Assembly (NCBI GenBank): GCA_965248195.1
Contig: CBDFIQ010000002.1
Location: 512,001-576,000 of the forward strand
DNA from: Longimicrobiales bacterium
GTDB lineage: Bacteria; Gemmatimonadota; Gemmatimonadetes; Longimicrobiales; Gaopeijiaceae
DNA: 64,000 nt
Direction: 5' to 3'
The position numbers were made by a program, and so were the translations under genes. This document shows positions 31,210 to 41,226 of the stretch, one piece after another; positions within the stretch are counted from its first letter, which is position 1; each line of letters starts with the position of its first letter. Under the pieces are notes generated by a model. It was given only the letters and a program-made list of their open reading frames with translations, did no database searches and had not been told where the DNA came from.

Positions 31210-32016
31210 GTGGAGAGCCTAGAGCCTCTGAAAGTCCTGATTTGGGCCAAGACCTACCCCGAACTTTCGAAGAGGCACCGCGAAACGGTTTGCACCGGAG
31301 GATGCCTAGAAGACGGCACGCCAATCCGCCTCTACCCGGTCCCGCTCCGGTATCTCCCTGTCACGAGCCAATACCGACTCTACGACTGGATTTCCGTGCC
31401 GCTTCGCCGCAACTCGATGGACACCCGTCCGGAGAGCTTCCGGGTCGCACAAGGAGTGATGCCGACGACGGTCGGTAAGGCGAGGACGACCCACGGATGG
31501 GAGGCACGGAGGGAGGTCGTGTTCAAACGACAGGATTGGCACTTCGACTGTGCCTCGGACCTGCACGCCGCGCAGGAACGCGCAGGGACCTCGCTCGGAC
31601 TCGTAGCGGTGCGTGACGTTGATCGTGTGAGTGTGTCGTCGAGGCCGGACAGTGATCGCGTTGAGCACCAGGCAAGGTTGCGCACCCTGAGAGCGAACCG
31701 AGACCTGTTCGGGGGTGCCGGTATTCAGAAGGATTTGGAGTTCCTCCCGTGGCGTTTCAAACTCTGGTGGCGCTGCGAGGCCAAGGGATGCGACGGCCAC
31801 TCGGGATCCGTCCTAGACTGGGGGCTCGGCGAGTTGGCGCGCCGCGAGGGACCGGATAGCGCCGAAGCCAAGCTCCGAGAGCTGACCGACCTAGGGCGCT
31901 ACGACCTACGGCTCTTCCTCGGAAACATGAAGATGCGACCTCGGACCTTCAGCATCGTCGGGCTTTGGCATCCGCTGCGCTCTGAGCAGGCCCAGCTCTC
32001 GTTGTTCATCGACTGA
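31210..32016 (+). CDS. Hypothetical protein (KTYP..ETVC..RLYP family)
   Basis: Intact 268-aa ORF convergent with DUF488. Confidence 0.7.
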   Translation: MESLEPLKVLIWAKTYPELSKRHRETVCTGGCLEDGTPIRLYPVPLRYLPVTSQYRLYDWISVPLRRNSMDTRPESFRVAQGVMPTTVGKARTTHGWEARREVVFKRQDWHFDCASDLHAAQERAGTSLGLVAVRDVDRVSVSSRPDSDRVEHQARLRTLRANRDLFGGAGIQKDLEFLPWRFKLWWRCEAKGCDGHSGSVLDWGLGELARREGPDSAEAKLRELTDLGRYDLRLFLGNMKMRPRTFSIVGLWHPLRSEQAQLSLFID

Positions 32017-32500
32017 CGAAGCGGGGGGCTCCATCCGGGCCGAGGTGCTCGACCCGTGCCTCGAGCCCGAGCACTTCGAGGAGGATGTGGCGGTGGCAGT
32101 CCTCCGGATGCCGCTCATAGCAAAGGAGGCAGCCCTTCTCGCCTTCGCGGGATAGCTCTTCAAGCAGCGCCCGCAGGCGTTCCGCGATCTGGGGGTGCGC
32201 GTTTAGGTGCGCTCGGTACATCGCTAGGCACTCCTCGTGAGACCGGGCGCTCTGCCGGATCCACTTTGGGTTGCCCGCAAACTGTGCGTGGAGGTATCGG
32301 ATCCCTCGCTCCGCAAGCACGACCCGCAGCGTCGCGGCCCGGTACGCAGGGACGTAACTCCACGGTGTCTCTCGAACGTCGATGACGACCGACACGCCTG
32401 CGCCGACCAGTTCGGTCAGCAGGTCGTCCATTGGTCGAAGCTGGTAGCCGACTGTACTTACCAAGTGCTTCCCGACAGCTAGGGGGTTATCGTGCCGCAA
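32006..32500 (-). CDS. DUF488 protein
   Basis: TVGY, IDVR..P.S, GIRY.H..GNP, LLCYE..P..CHR. Confidence 0.85.
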   Translation of the reverse strand: MRHDNPLAVGKHLVSTVGYQLRPMDDLLTELVGAGVSVVIDVRETPWSYVPAYRAATLRVVLAERGIRYLHAQFAGNPKWIRQSARSHEECLAMYRAHLNAHPQIAERLRALLEELSREGEKGCLLCYERHPEDCHRHILLEVLGLEARVEHLGPDGAPRFVSR

Positions 32501-32594
32501 GCCGCCAAGTTAGGACCGATCGGCTGCCCGCGCCAAGCCGATGCGCTTGTTGGTGATGGGTCATCTCAAACTGACCCATCACCGCGGCTCCGGT

Positions 32595-32768
32595 AAGTGT
32601 GCGGGCGACGACGCCGAGTGGTTGCCTCCGAGGAGCCAGTGCTGGTTCGCCGACCGGGTCGTCTCCGTGAGGAGGAAGTACCGCCTCACCATCGACCCGC
32701 TAGAGGCTGCAGCTCTGGACCGCGTACTTTCGGGTTGCGGTTCCACGGTCGGGCACACTCCGCTCTAG
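32595..32768 (+). pseudogene. DUF1524/HNH nuclease C-terminal stub
   Basis: DAEWLPP..CWFA..VV.V..KY.LTID..E..AL. Confidence 0.5.
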
Positions 32769-32855
32769 CCGGGACACTGTCCTCAGAAGATCACCTCGCC
32801 CGGTTGCTTATAACTCCTTACAATATTGCAGGTGCGGCCCCACCAGGTACCGAAC

Positions 32856-33625
32856 GGTCAAGTCCCGATTTGTGTGTAAAAGCGGAGGAAGCTCCTCGCC
32901 TTCGGCTAGGCTGCTTGGGCGACCTCCTGTTTCTGGAGGAGTGAGAGGTCGAGGTAACGCCGGTCGCCCCAGACGTGTGTGGTCCTGAGTGCGACGGCCG
33001 TGATGAGCCTGAGGGCGCTGGCCCGGTCCGGGAAGGCGCCGGCGGCCTTGATCCTGCGTTTGATCTCGCCGTGCAGCCGCTCGAGGCTGTTGGTGGTACG
33101 CAGCCGGGGCCAGTGCGCCTCGGGGAACGCGTAGAACTGCGTCGCTGCCCCGAAGCCCCGCTCCAGGACCTCCACGGCCTCGGGCAGCTCCTTCTTCCAG
33201 CGTGCGCCGAACTCGCCCAGGAGCTTCTTCGCCTCGGCGAGTCCGGATGTCTGGAAGATCACCGAGACCTCACGCGCCACGCGCTTGCGTAGGCGGTGGG
33301 GGACCCTCGCCCCCACATTACGCTGCAGATGGACCGTACACCTCTGACGGCGTGCCTCGGGCAGGAAGCGGCGGACCGCAGCTGCCAGGCCTGCGTGCTC
33401 ATCGGCGATCACGAGCTCGACACCGCCGAGGCCGCGGTCCTGGAGTTGCTCGAGGAGCTCCGACCAGCTCTGCTGCGACTCCTCAGCGCCCAGCGTGACG
33501 GCCAGGAGCCGTCGGTGACCCTCAGGGCCCACTGCATACGCCACGAGCGCACTCACGTTCTCGACTTTGCGGGCCCAGCGGGCGTCCAAGAACGTGGCGT
33601 CCAGGTACAGATAGGGGTGAGGCCC
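32856..33625 (-). mobile_element. IS256 copy 2, inverted and 5'-truncated
   Basis: Reverse complement of the right 770 bp of copies 1 and 3, including the right IR. Confidence 0.93.
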
Positions 33626-35001
33626 GGTAGTGTCCCTAGATTTGTGTAAAAGCGGATAAGCTGGACAGGAGGGAAAGAAAAACGGAAGCTCCTCTGTTGT
33701 TGTTCACTGTCACATGAACCCGGGAGTCCGGGTCTGCAGAGCAGGCTCGGAACCGGAGAGGAGCTTCCGATGCAAGAGATTGTGGAGATCGGTCGGGCCA
33801 CGCAAGACGAGCTACGCGATGATTTGCGCGAGCTGTTTCAAGGCGCGATCCGGCTGACGCTCGAGATGGTGCTGGAAGAGGAGCTGAAGGCCATGGTAGG
33901 TGCACGCCGCTTCGAGCGGGTGGGAAGCCGGAAGGACCATAGGAACGGCACATACCTGAGGCGGCTGCTGACGAGCCTGGGGCAGATCGAGGTCGCCATG
34001 CCCCGGAGCCGGGACAACGGTTCGCCGGCCGACGTGATCGGCCGCTACCAGCGCAGGAGCCCCGAGCTCGACGAGATGATGGTCGAGGCGTATGTGAGCG
34101 GCGTGTCACAGCGCAAGATGGGCGACGTCACCGAGGCGCTGATGGGCGAGCGTGTTGGGCGCTCGACGGTGAGTCGTGTGGCAAAACGGCTCGACGAGGC
34201 CGTGGAAGGGCTGCGCCGTGCGCCGATCGAGGGGCCTCACCCCTATCTGTACCTGGACGCCACGTTCTTGGACGCCCGCTGGGCCCGCAAAGTCGAGAAC
34301 GTGAGTGCGCTCGTGGCGTATGCAGTGGGCCCTGAGGGTCACCGACGGCTCCTGGCCGTCACGCTGGGCGCTGAGGAGTCGCAGCAGAGCTGGTCGGAGC
34401 TCCTCGAGCAACTCCAGGACCGCGGCCTCGGCGGTGTCGAGCTCGTGATCGCCGATGAGCACGCAGGCCTGGCAGCTGCGGTCCGCCGCTTCCTGCCCGA
34501 GGCACGCCGTCAGAGGTGTACGGTCCATCTGCAGCGTAATGTGGGGGCGAGGGTCCCCCACCGCCTACGCAAGCGCGTGGCGCGTGAGGTCTCGGTGATC
34601 TTCCAGACATCCGGACTCGCCGAGGCGAAGAAGCTCCTGGGCGAGTTCGGCGCACGCTGGAAGAAGGAGCTGCCCGAGGCCGTGGAGGTCCTGGAGCGGG
34701 GCTTCGGGGCAGCGACGCAGTTCTACGCGTTCCCCGAGGCGCACTGGCCCCGGCTGCGTACCACCAACAGCCTCGAGCGGCTGCACGGCGAGATCAAACG
34801 CAGGATCAAGGCCGCCGGCGCCTTCCCGGACCGGGCCAGCGCCCTCAGGCTCATCACGGCCGTCGCACTCAGGACCACACACGTCTGGGGCGACCGGCGT
34901 TACCTCGACCTCTCACTCCTCCAGAAACAGGAGGTCGCCCAAGCAGCCTAGCCGAAGGCGAGGAGCTTCCTCCGCTTTTACACACAAATCGGGACTTGAC
35001 C
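33626..35001 (+). mobile_element. IS256 copy 3 (transposase 33770-34951), no TSD
   Basis: Same ends and same 393-aa protein as copy 1. Confidence 0.95.
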
Positions 35002-35202
35002 CTGGCTGCTGTGAGCGGTCCGGGCCACGAGCGCGGCCTGAGCCTCTTCGAGCGCAACCGCCTGGGCATCGATGACGATCACTGCATCGGCGTGCCTGGA
35101 GCGCCACAGCGCGGCCGTGGAATCTGCGGCAGATAGCTGAACCCGCAGGGCCTGAACGACGGACTGGTGCGCCTCGCGCTCCTCTTCCAACCCCGTAGAC
35201 AA
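35002..35202 (-). pseudogene. Coiled-coil phage gene remnant cut by IS256
   Basis: GLEEEREAHQSVVQALRVQL.. runs into the IS end. Confidence 0.3.
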
Positions 35203-35252
35203 ACCCTCTGCCTCTTGACATATAGTATCCTATTGGATACATTATACCGTGT

Positions 35253-35546
35253 ATGAACTACACGGTCACCAAGAGCAATACCTTTCTTCGCTGGCTAAAG
35301 GGACTGCGTGACAAGCGTGCTCAGGCACGGATCGTCATCCGCATCGATCGCATCGAGGAGGGTAACCTTGGGGACCACAGATCGGTCGGCGGTGGCGTCA
35401 GCGAACTGCGCGTCGATGTTGGCAAGGGCTACCGTGTCTACTACACAATTCGCGACAAAGCGCTGGTGATTTTGCTCTGTGGGGGAGACAAGTCAACGCA
35501 GCCGCAAGACGTACAACGTGCCCAGCAGATGGCAAGTGAACTCTAA
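35253..35546 (+). CDS. RelE/HigB-type addiction module toxin
   Basis: FLRWLKGLRD..GNLGD...GGGVSELRVDVGKGYRVYY..LLCGGDKSTQ. Confidence 0.92.
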   Translation: MNYTVTKSNTFLRWLKGLRDKRAQARIVIRIDRIEEGNLGDHRSVGGGVSELRVDVGKGYRVYYTIRDKALVILLCGGDKSTQPQDVQRAQQMASEL

Positions 35547-35552
35547 GGAGGG

Positions 35553-35855
35553 ATGATGGGCAAAGAGACGTATACTCCATGGGACAGTGCTGAAGTTCTC
35601 GATAATGATGAGGCAGTCGTCGAATATTTGCAGGCAGCGCTTGAAGAAGACGATCCGGAGTTTTTCGTCAAAGCCGTTGGCAACGTTGCGCGCGCCATCG
35701 GCATGGCCGTCATCGCTGAGGAATCCCAGCTCGGTCGCACCAGCTTGTACAAAGCATTGTCCGGAGAGCGCAATCCACGGATCGGCACCGTAATGAGGGT
35801 TCTTCGCACGTTTGGTGTCCGACTCACCGTTGCACGACGACCACAGACCCGCTGA
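35553..35855 (+). CDS. Addiction module antidote (HTH antitoxin)
   Basis: WDSAEVL..YLQAALE..ARAIGM..SLYKALS..NP. Confidence 0.92.
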   Translation: MMGKETYTPWDSAEVLDNDEAVVEYLQAALEEDDPEFFVKAVGNVARAIGMAVIAEESQLGRTSLYKALSGERNPRIGTVMRVLRTFGVRLTVARRPQTR

Positions 35856-35878
35856 GAGGCTCGTAAGTGGCAGATTCT

Positions 35879-37335
35879 GAAGCTGTCCCAACCGTAGTTG
35901 AAGGTTCCTGATAGGGGAGAAAGAAAAGTGGTGGCTCCGGGGGTCCCGGGCCGATAGGCTCGGGTAGGCAAAAACCCCAACACGGAGCCACCACGATGAA
36001 GAGAACGTACGAGGTAAGGGATCGGGCGGACAAGCGCGCGATCAGGGAGTTCCTGAAGCGGGAGGGGCAGTTTCTGCTTCCGATGCTTGAGCTCGTGGAG
36101 CAGACGGAGGTCGCGATCGACGAAGTCATCCAGGTGATGGGACGAGCGACGATCGAAGCGGTGCTGGAGATGAGCGCCGAGGGTGTGGCAGGCGTGAAGC
36201 AGGCAGGTCGGTCACGAGCGGAAGACGACACGGTGTGGTATGGCCGGCAGGGTGGTGTGGTTTACCTGTCGGACCGGAAGGTGCGTGTGGAGCGGCCACG
36301 GCTCAGGCGCCGGGGCGCCGGGGAGGGTGGCGAGGTCGAGGTGCCGGCGTACGCAGCGATGCGGAGACCGGGCGCCGTGGCGGATCGGATGCTCGAGGTC
36401 CTGATGGCGGGGGTGAGCACGCGGAAGTACGGCCGTGTGATCGGTGAGATGGCCGACACGGTCGGGGTGAGCAAGTCGGCGGTGAGCCGTGAGACGGTCG
36501 AGGCCTCGGAGCGCGTGCTGAAGGAGCTGATGGAGCGCCGGCTGGATGCGTGGGACCTCCTGGTGATCTACCTGGACGGGATCCAGATGGGCTCGCACCA
36601 CGTGCTTGCTGCGGTAGGCGTGGACTCAGACGGAAAGAAGCACGTGCTGGGCGTGAGGGAAGGAGCGAGTGAGAACGCCGAGGTGACCAGCGCGCTCCTA
36701 GAGGATCTGGTCGAGCGCGGCCTGGACCCGGGCAGGCGGCGGCTGTTCGTGATCGATGGCTCGAAAGCGCTCAGGAAGGCGATCGAGAAGGTGTTCGGCC
36801 AACGTCACCCCATCCAGCGCTGCCGCAACCACAAGCTCCGCAACGTGCTGGGTCATCTGCCGAAGGATCAGCATCCTCAGGTGAAGGCGGCGTTCCGGGC
36901 GGCGATGAAGCTGGACGCGAAGCAGGGCGAGCAGAAGCTCGAGCAGCTCGCCCGATGGCTCGAGCGCGACCACCCCTCGGCCTCGGCCAGCCTACGCGAA
37001 GGCCTCAGCGAGATGTTCACGATCAACCGGCTCGGCCTCCCGCCGCGGCTGAGGAAGTGCCTGGGCTCGACCAACCTGATCGACAGCACCCACTCGGGCG
37101 TAAGACAGAAGACCCGCAGGGTGACCAACTGGAAGAACGGAGCGATGGCCTTGCGCTGGGCTGCGGCCTCGTTCGTGGAGACCGAGAAGAGCTACCGGAG
37201 GATCATCGGCTACGACCAGCTCTGGATGCTCAGGGCCCACCTCGACGACCATGAACCGGTTGCCGAAATGAGAAAGGCAGGCTAACAAGGAGACTCTCCG
37301 GAGCCACCACCTTCAACTGTCAGCGGGACACCATC
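35879..37335 (+). mobile_element. Second IS256-family element (transposase 35996-37285)
   Basis: IRs GAAGCTGTCCC..GTTGAAGG / CCTTCAAC..GGGACACCATC; 8-bp TSD CAGATTCT; YLDG, VIDG, QRC, STN motifs. Confidence 0.93.
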
Positions 37336-37554
37336 CAGATTCTTCCCACCTCGATCGAGGTCGAAGAACCTGCAACGAGACCGAGCCACATGGCCAGGTC
37401 ATGTGGACGGGGAGGACGCTGTGAGGGGACGGGGATTGGCTTGCTGAGGATCGGGCAGTCGATATAGTACCAGCAGCACACGTAGGTAATCCGCCTACGG
37501 ATTTTTTCGCCAAGCCGCCCCCCCCCAGCGGCGGAAAGGGAAGGGACGTGAGAA

Positions 37555-37791
37555 ATGGCCATTACCCGGAGCGCGGTGATCGTGTTGTTTGCGCTGGCCT
37601 GTGGGACGACCTCTACCGAGCCGTGTCGCGAGGTCGAGCAATTCATCGAGTGTACTTACGGGGCCAGGGTATGCGACGTAGCTCTCAAGCAGCGGACGGA
37701 TCAGGGGTTCTCGTGTACGTTCCTGGAAACGATTCGTAACGCCTTCGGGAGGGTACTCGGGGAGCGCTACGTCTGCAAGAAATGCGAGTAG
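37555..37791 (+). CDS. Small Cys-rich lipoprotein
   Basis: Lipobox ALAC; six further Cys. Confidence 0.55.
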   Translation: MAITRSAVIVLFALACGTTSTEPCREVEQFIECTYGARVCDVALKQRTDQGFSCTFLETIRNAFGRVLGERYVCKKCE

Positions 37792-37969
37792 CTCGTGACC
37801 ACCCCGAATGGGTGAGGCCGGTAACCGCCCCAAGGGCCAGGACCTACTTCGCCGCCGGACCTGGCATAGGCCCGGGGACAGCCAGTCCTGTGGACGGGGC
37901 GGGAAGCTGTGAGGGAAATAGTATCACTAAATGGTTGACATGGTACTATAACATAGTTAAATTGGTACC

Positions 37970-38221
37970 ATGAAAAAGAAACACTTCAAGACGCTCGCCG
38001 CGATCTTCGCCAAGCCGACCAACGGCAATATCAAGTGGCAGGACATCGAGTCTCTTCTTCTGGCCTGTGGGGCCACCATCACACCAAGCGGCAAGGGCAT
38101 GAAGATTTCTCTGGGCGGGCAGAAGCTCGCCTACCACAGACCGCATGGTCGGAACAACGCAGGCGAGGGTTTGGTGAAGAGGGTGCGCAGATTGCTTGAG
38201 GATCAGGAGGTGACGCCATGA
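37970..38221 (+). CDS. hicA: HicA toxin
   Basis: IKWQDIESLL..G..HRPH. Confidence 0.85.
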   Translation: MKKKHFKTLAAIFAKPTNGNIKWQDIESLLLACGATITPSGKGMKISLGGQKLAYHRPHGRNNAGEGLVKRVRRLLEDQEVTP

Positions 38222-38541
38222 TCGAGTACAAGGGCTATACGGGGGTCATTGAGTTCAGCGGCATGGATCGGATGTTCTACGGGGAAGTGGTCGGACTGCG
38301 TGACATCATCGGCTTCGAGGGTCGAACAGTCGACGAACTCGAGGACTCGATGCACCAGGCCGTGGACCTCTACCTCGAGATGTGCGAGGAAGACGGCACC
38401 GACCCCGACAAGCCCTACTCGGGGCAGTTCCAGATTCGTGTTGACCCGCTACTGCACCGCCAGATCGCCACCGCGGCAGCGGCGCACAGGATGTCCATGA
38501 ACAGCTTCGTGGGGAAGCGGCTCAAGGAGATCGTTGGATAA
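38218..38541 (+). CDS. hicB: HicB antitoxin
   Basis: EYKGYTG..YLEMC..KPYSG.F..R..P.LH. Confidence 0.9.
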   Translation: MIEYKGYTGVIEFSGMDRMFYGEVVGLRDIIGFEGRTVDELEDSMHQAVDLYLEMCEEDGTDPDKPYSGQFQIRVDPLLHRQIATAAAAHRMSMNSFVGKRLKEIVG

Positions 38542-38560
38542 CCCGCCCAGTGATCCCAAA

Positions 38561-38635
38561 GAGCACGAACCACAGCCGCTCGACGATCGAGCCCGAATCA
38601 TGGGGCGCGTCGTCTGGTGGGCGCACACGGATTGA
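38561..38635 (+). repeat. Copy 4 of cI 3' end
   Basis: EHEPQPLDDRARIMGRVVWWAHTD*. Confidence 0.9.
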
Positions 38636-38747
38636 GGGTGAACAAGGGGGGGGACGGTCGCTTGGGGCTCCGGCCGTCCCCCCTTCGGCGCGGGCACGGG
38701 TCAACACTTCTGTTGACATAAACAGATGTGTTGACTATATTCACTCC

Positions 38748-38936
38748 ATGAATTCAAGCGAATTTCGCCGCTGGCTCAAGAAGCAAGGCTGCTCCTTCGA
38801 GACACATAAGGGCGGCAGCGGCCACCTCACGGTTCGTCGTGGCAACCGCACATCACAATTGCCCTTGCATGGCAGCCGGAAGGAGCTCGGAAAAGGTCTC
38901 GTGGCGAAAATCAAAAAAGACCTGGAGCTAGAGTGA
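38748..38936 (+). CDS. hicA: HicA toxin (second family)
   Basis: SEFRRWLKKQG..GSGH..LPLHG..EL..I.KDL.L. Confidence 0.88.
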   Translation: MNSSEFRRWLKKQGCSFETHKGGSGHLTVRRGNRTSQLPLHGSRKELGKGLVAKIKKDLELE

Positions 38937-38937
38937 T

Positions 38938-39345
38938 ATGTACGACTATCCCGTCAATCTCACCGAAGACAGCAACGGTACGATTCTCGTGACCTCGCCG
39001 GATTTTCCTGAACTCACCACCTTCGGCGACGATGAGGAGGATGCCCTGGCGCGAGCGGCTGACGCTTTCGATGAGGCGATCGCGGCGAGAATCGCGTATC
39101 GGAAGGATGTTCCCCGTCCTTCACGAGGAAAGATTCGTGTGGCGCTTCGTAGCCTCACGGCCGTGAAGCTCATTCTGTACCAAGGAATGCGAGATCAGGG
39201 TGTCGGCAAGGCAGAGTTAGCGCGACGCTTGAATTGGCATTTGCCGCAAGTAGATCGCGTTCTCGATATTCAGCACAACTCGCGCCTCGATCAAATGGAC
39301 GCCGCCTTGGGGGCTATCGGTCTCCGCCTCCATGTAAGCGCGTAA
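38938..39345 (+). CDS. hicB: HicB antitoxin with C-terminal HTH
   Basis: YPV..VTSPDFPE..G..KAELARRL.W..PQVDR. Confidence 0.88.
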   Translation: MYDYPVNLTEDSNGTILVTSPDFPELTTFGDDEEDALARAADAFDEAIAARIAYRKDVPRPSRGKIRVALRSLTAVKLILYQGMRDQGVGKAELARRLNWHLPQVDRVLDIQHNSRLDQMDAALGAIGLRLHVSA

Positions 39346-39804
39346 TCGGGCCCCGAGGTTCACTCACCGACTCGCCAGCGCATAACCAGCCGCGAACACC
39401 CCCGCGTACTTGAGGACCCCAATCACTGGGTCGGACCAGCTGCCTTGGCTCTGGGCGATCCGTGCCGCGAGCGCGCTCTGACACCTCACTCGGGCTCACG
39501 CATCGCTGGGTGCTGTCAGCGGGTGTGATCGGCTGATGGGCGAAAGGGGATCCATGGGGCGAAAAGGGGTCGGGTGGTGGTGGAAGAGAGGGTAGTGTCC
39601 TAATTTGAATTTGGCTGTCGTGGGAATTCCCCGACGCGCCTTCCGTCGGTCTCTATGACTTCGCGCATGGGGCCGGGAACCGCGTCAATGTTTTCGAAGA
39701 TCATCTGCATCTCGACAGGATCGCTGTCGTTGAACGTCATGATCGTGTAGAGGCTCCCTTGACCATCCCCGTCTAGCTCCCAGCGAAAGCCGAGGGTGCG
39801 GGTT

Positions 39805-40359
39805 TCATCCATCGTCAGCGGACGTGCCTAGTATAGCGGGCCCGTACCGTTCGTCCGCCTCCGCTTGGTTGAGGACGATGCCGAGGTCGTCGAGGCGTAG
39901 CCTCGACATACGCGCCAACCCGACCGTCAGCTTCTGGAGCGCCTCGGTGGCTTCGATTCCTTGGGCTCGACCGAGGATGCGCGAGATGTTCACCTGACGC
40001 GCGAACTCTTCCGTGGTCTTAGCCGAGCCAAGCGCAAGAGCCTGGTTGAGCAGGGCCATGAGCTGGAAGTCTTCGATCGTGTTGCGCGAGGCTTCACGGA
40101 GCCTGCGCAGGGCCGCGACCTCGTCGCCCGTGATCTTGGCGAACGTGCGCTTGACCGCGATCACCTTCGAGCCGCGCTCGCCGACCTTGGTAAGTCCGAG
40201 CACCAGAGCAGCCGTCGCCGCGGTGAGAGCGGCTATTCCGCGCGCGACGTCCTTCGCCGTTCGGGTGATGCCCCGCAGCGTACGCCGGAAGCGGCCGACT
40301 ACCGAAGAAGCAATGTCCTTCGCTTTGATGATGACTTCGACGACGTTGCCGCGGGCCAT
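39805..40359 (-). pseudogene. Tape-measure protein, N-terminal 184 aa only
   Basis: VEVIIKAKD.AS start; LDDLGI; follows tail chaperones; far too short. Confidence 0.7.
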
Positions 40360-40646
40360 CAGTCGCTCGCCTCTGGGTCTTCTTGGTTTTCGGCGAACCG
40401 ATTCGGCAGGAAATGTGGAGTAGCGGCTTTACTCGTCGGGTAAGCCTGCTTCTCCAGCTCACTTCTCAGACGCTGGGATTCGCTCCCGTCTCCAAGGATG
40501 CCACCGACACCGATCGACACGGCGTCCATCTGCATGAGCTGGAGTCGTCCCCAGAACTGGCCAGTACGTCTGGCGAATGCCAGGAAGAGTGGCCACGGGT
40601 CGGACGGGGCAGGGGGACCACCGTAGACGGCCGCGTACTCAGCCAT
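40359..40646 (-). CDS. Probable tail assembly chaperone (second)
   Basis: Synteny before tape measure; TGATG coupling. Confidence 0.5.
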   Translation of the reverse strand: MAEYAAVYGGPPAPSDPWPLFLAFARRTGQFWGRLQLMQMDAVSIGVGGILGDGSESQRLRSELEKQAYPTSKAATPHFLPNRFAENQEDPEASD

Positions 40647-41203
40647 CAGGTCGTCGAGCCCCGCAGTGCACTCGGACTCGCTGTCGCCCTCTGCGTCCTC
40701 ATCCTGGCCCCCGGGCTCGTGGTCAGGTCCAACCAGAAACGCCGGGCGATCCCGTAAATCAGGCTGTAGACCTGCTCAGCAAGCGCACGACCGAGTTCGA
40801 AGGTGTCGAACGGGCTTAGGTGTTCTGGATCGATAGCGAGCGCGGCCGGAAACCGGTCGAGGAAATCGTATTGCGCGTTGGGGTCGCCGTGCTCCGCGTC
40901 CCCAAGGAGCCCCAAGAGACCCGTCGCTTGGCGGACCGTCACGTTCTCGAGGGCGAGTGGGCCACCGGGCCGGTCGAGCGTCACACCCAGATCAGCGAGC
41001 GACGCCTCCGCCAGCTTGATACGATCCGGGAATTCCTGCATGAATCGGTAGTGCGCACTGAAATCGGACTCGACGCTAGACATCATCCGGAGGAATCCCA
41101 ACGCCTCTGAGACCGTGAGCACGTTACAGCGAACGACGAACCCACCCTCGAGCTCGAACGCTACTCCGTCGTAGCTCTCGTAGGTCGCCTCGCTTCGCTC
41201 CAT
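40646..41203 (-). CDS. Probable tail assembly chaperone
   Basis: Synteny after tail tube. Confidence 0.5.
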   Translation of the reverse strand: MERSEATYESYDGVAFELEGGFVVRCNVLTVSEALGFLRMMSSVESDFSAHYRFMQEFPDRIKLAEASLADLGVTLDRPGGPLALENVTVRQATGLLGLLGDAEHGDPNAQYDFLDRFPAALAIDPEHLSPFDTFELGRALAEQVYSLIYGIARRFWLDLTTSPGARMRTQRATASPSALRGSTT

Positions 41204-41226
41204 CTATTCAACTCCCCGGGAGATAC

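Noticed and set aside
37345..37545. Possible fifth, highly degenerate cI tail (..GCACACGTAG plus C-rich leader before a lipoprotein)
   Set aside because: Similarity is too weak to support by eye; needs an alignment score.
28469..38631. cI-tail repeats as a CRISPR array or DGR template/variable repeat
   Set aside because: Spacing is 0.7-7.7 kb with genes between; there is no cas gene or reverse transcriptase; differences are largely synonymous rather than adenine-specific.
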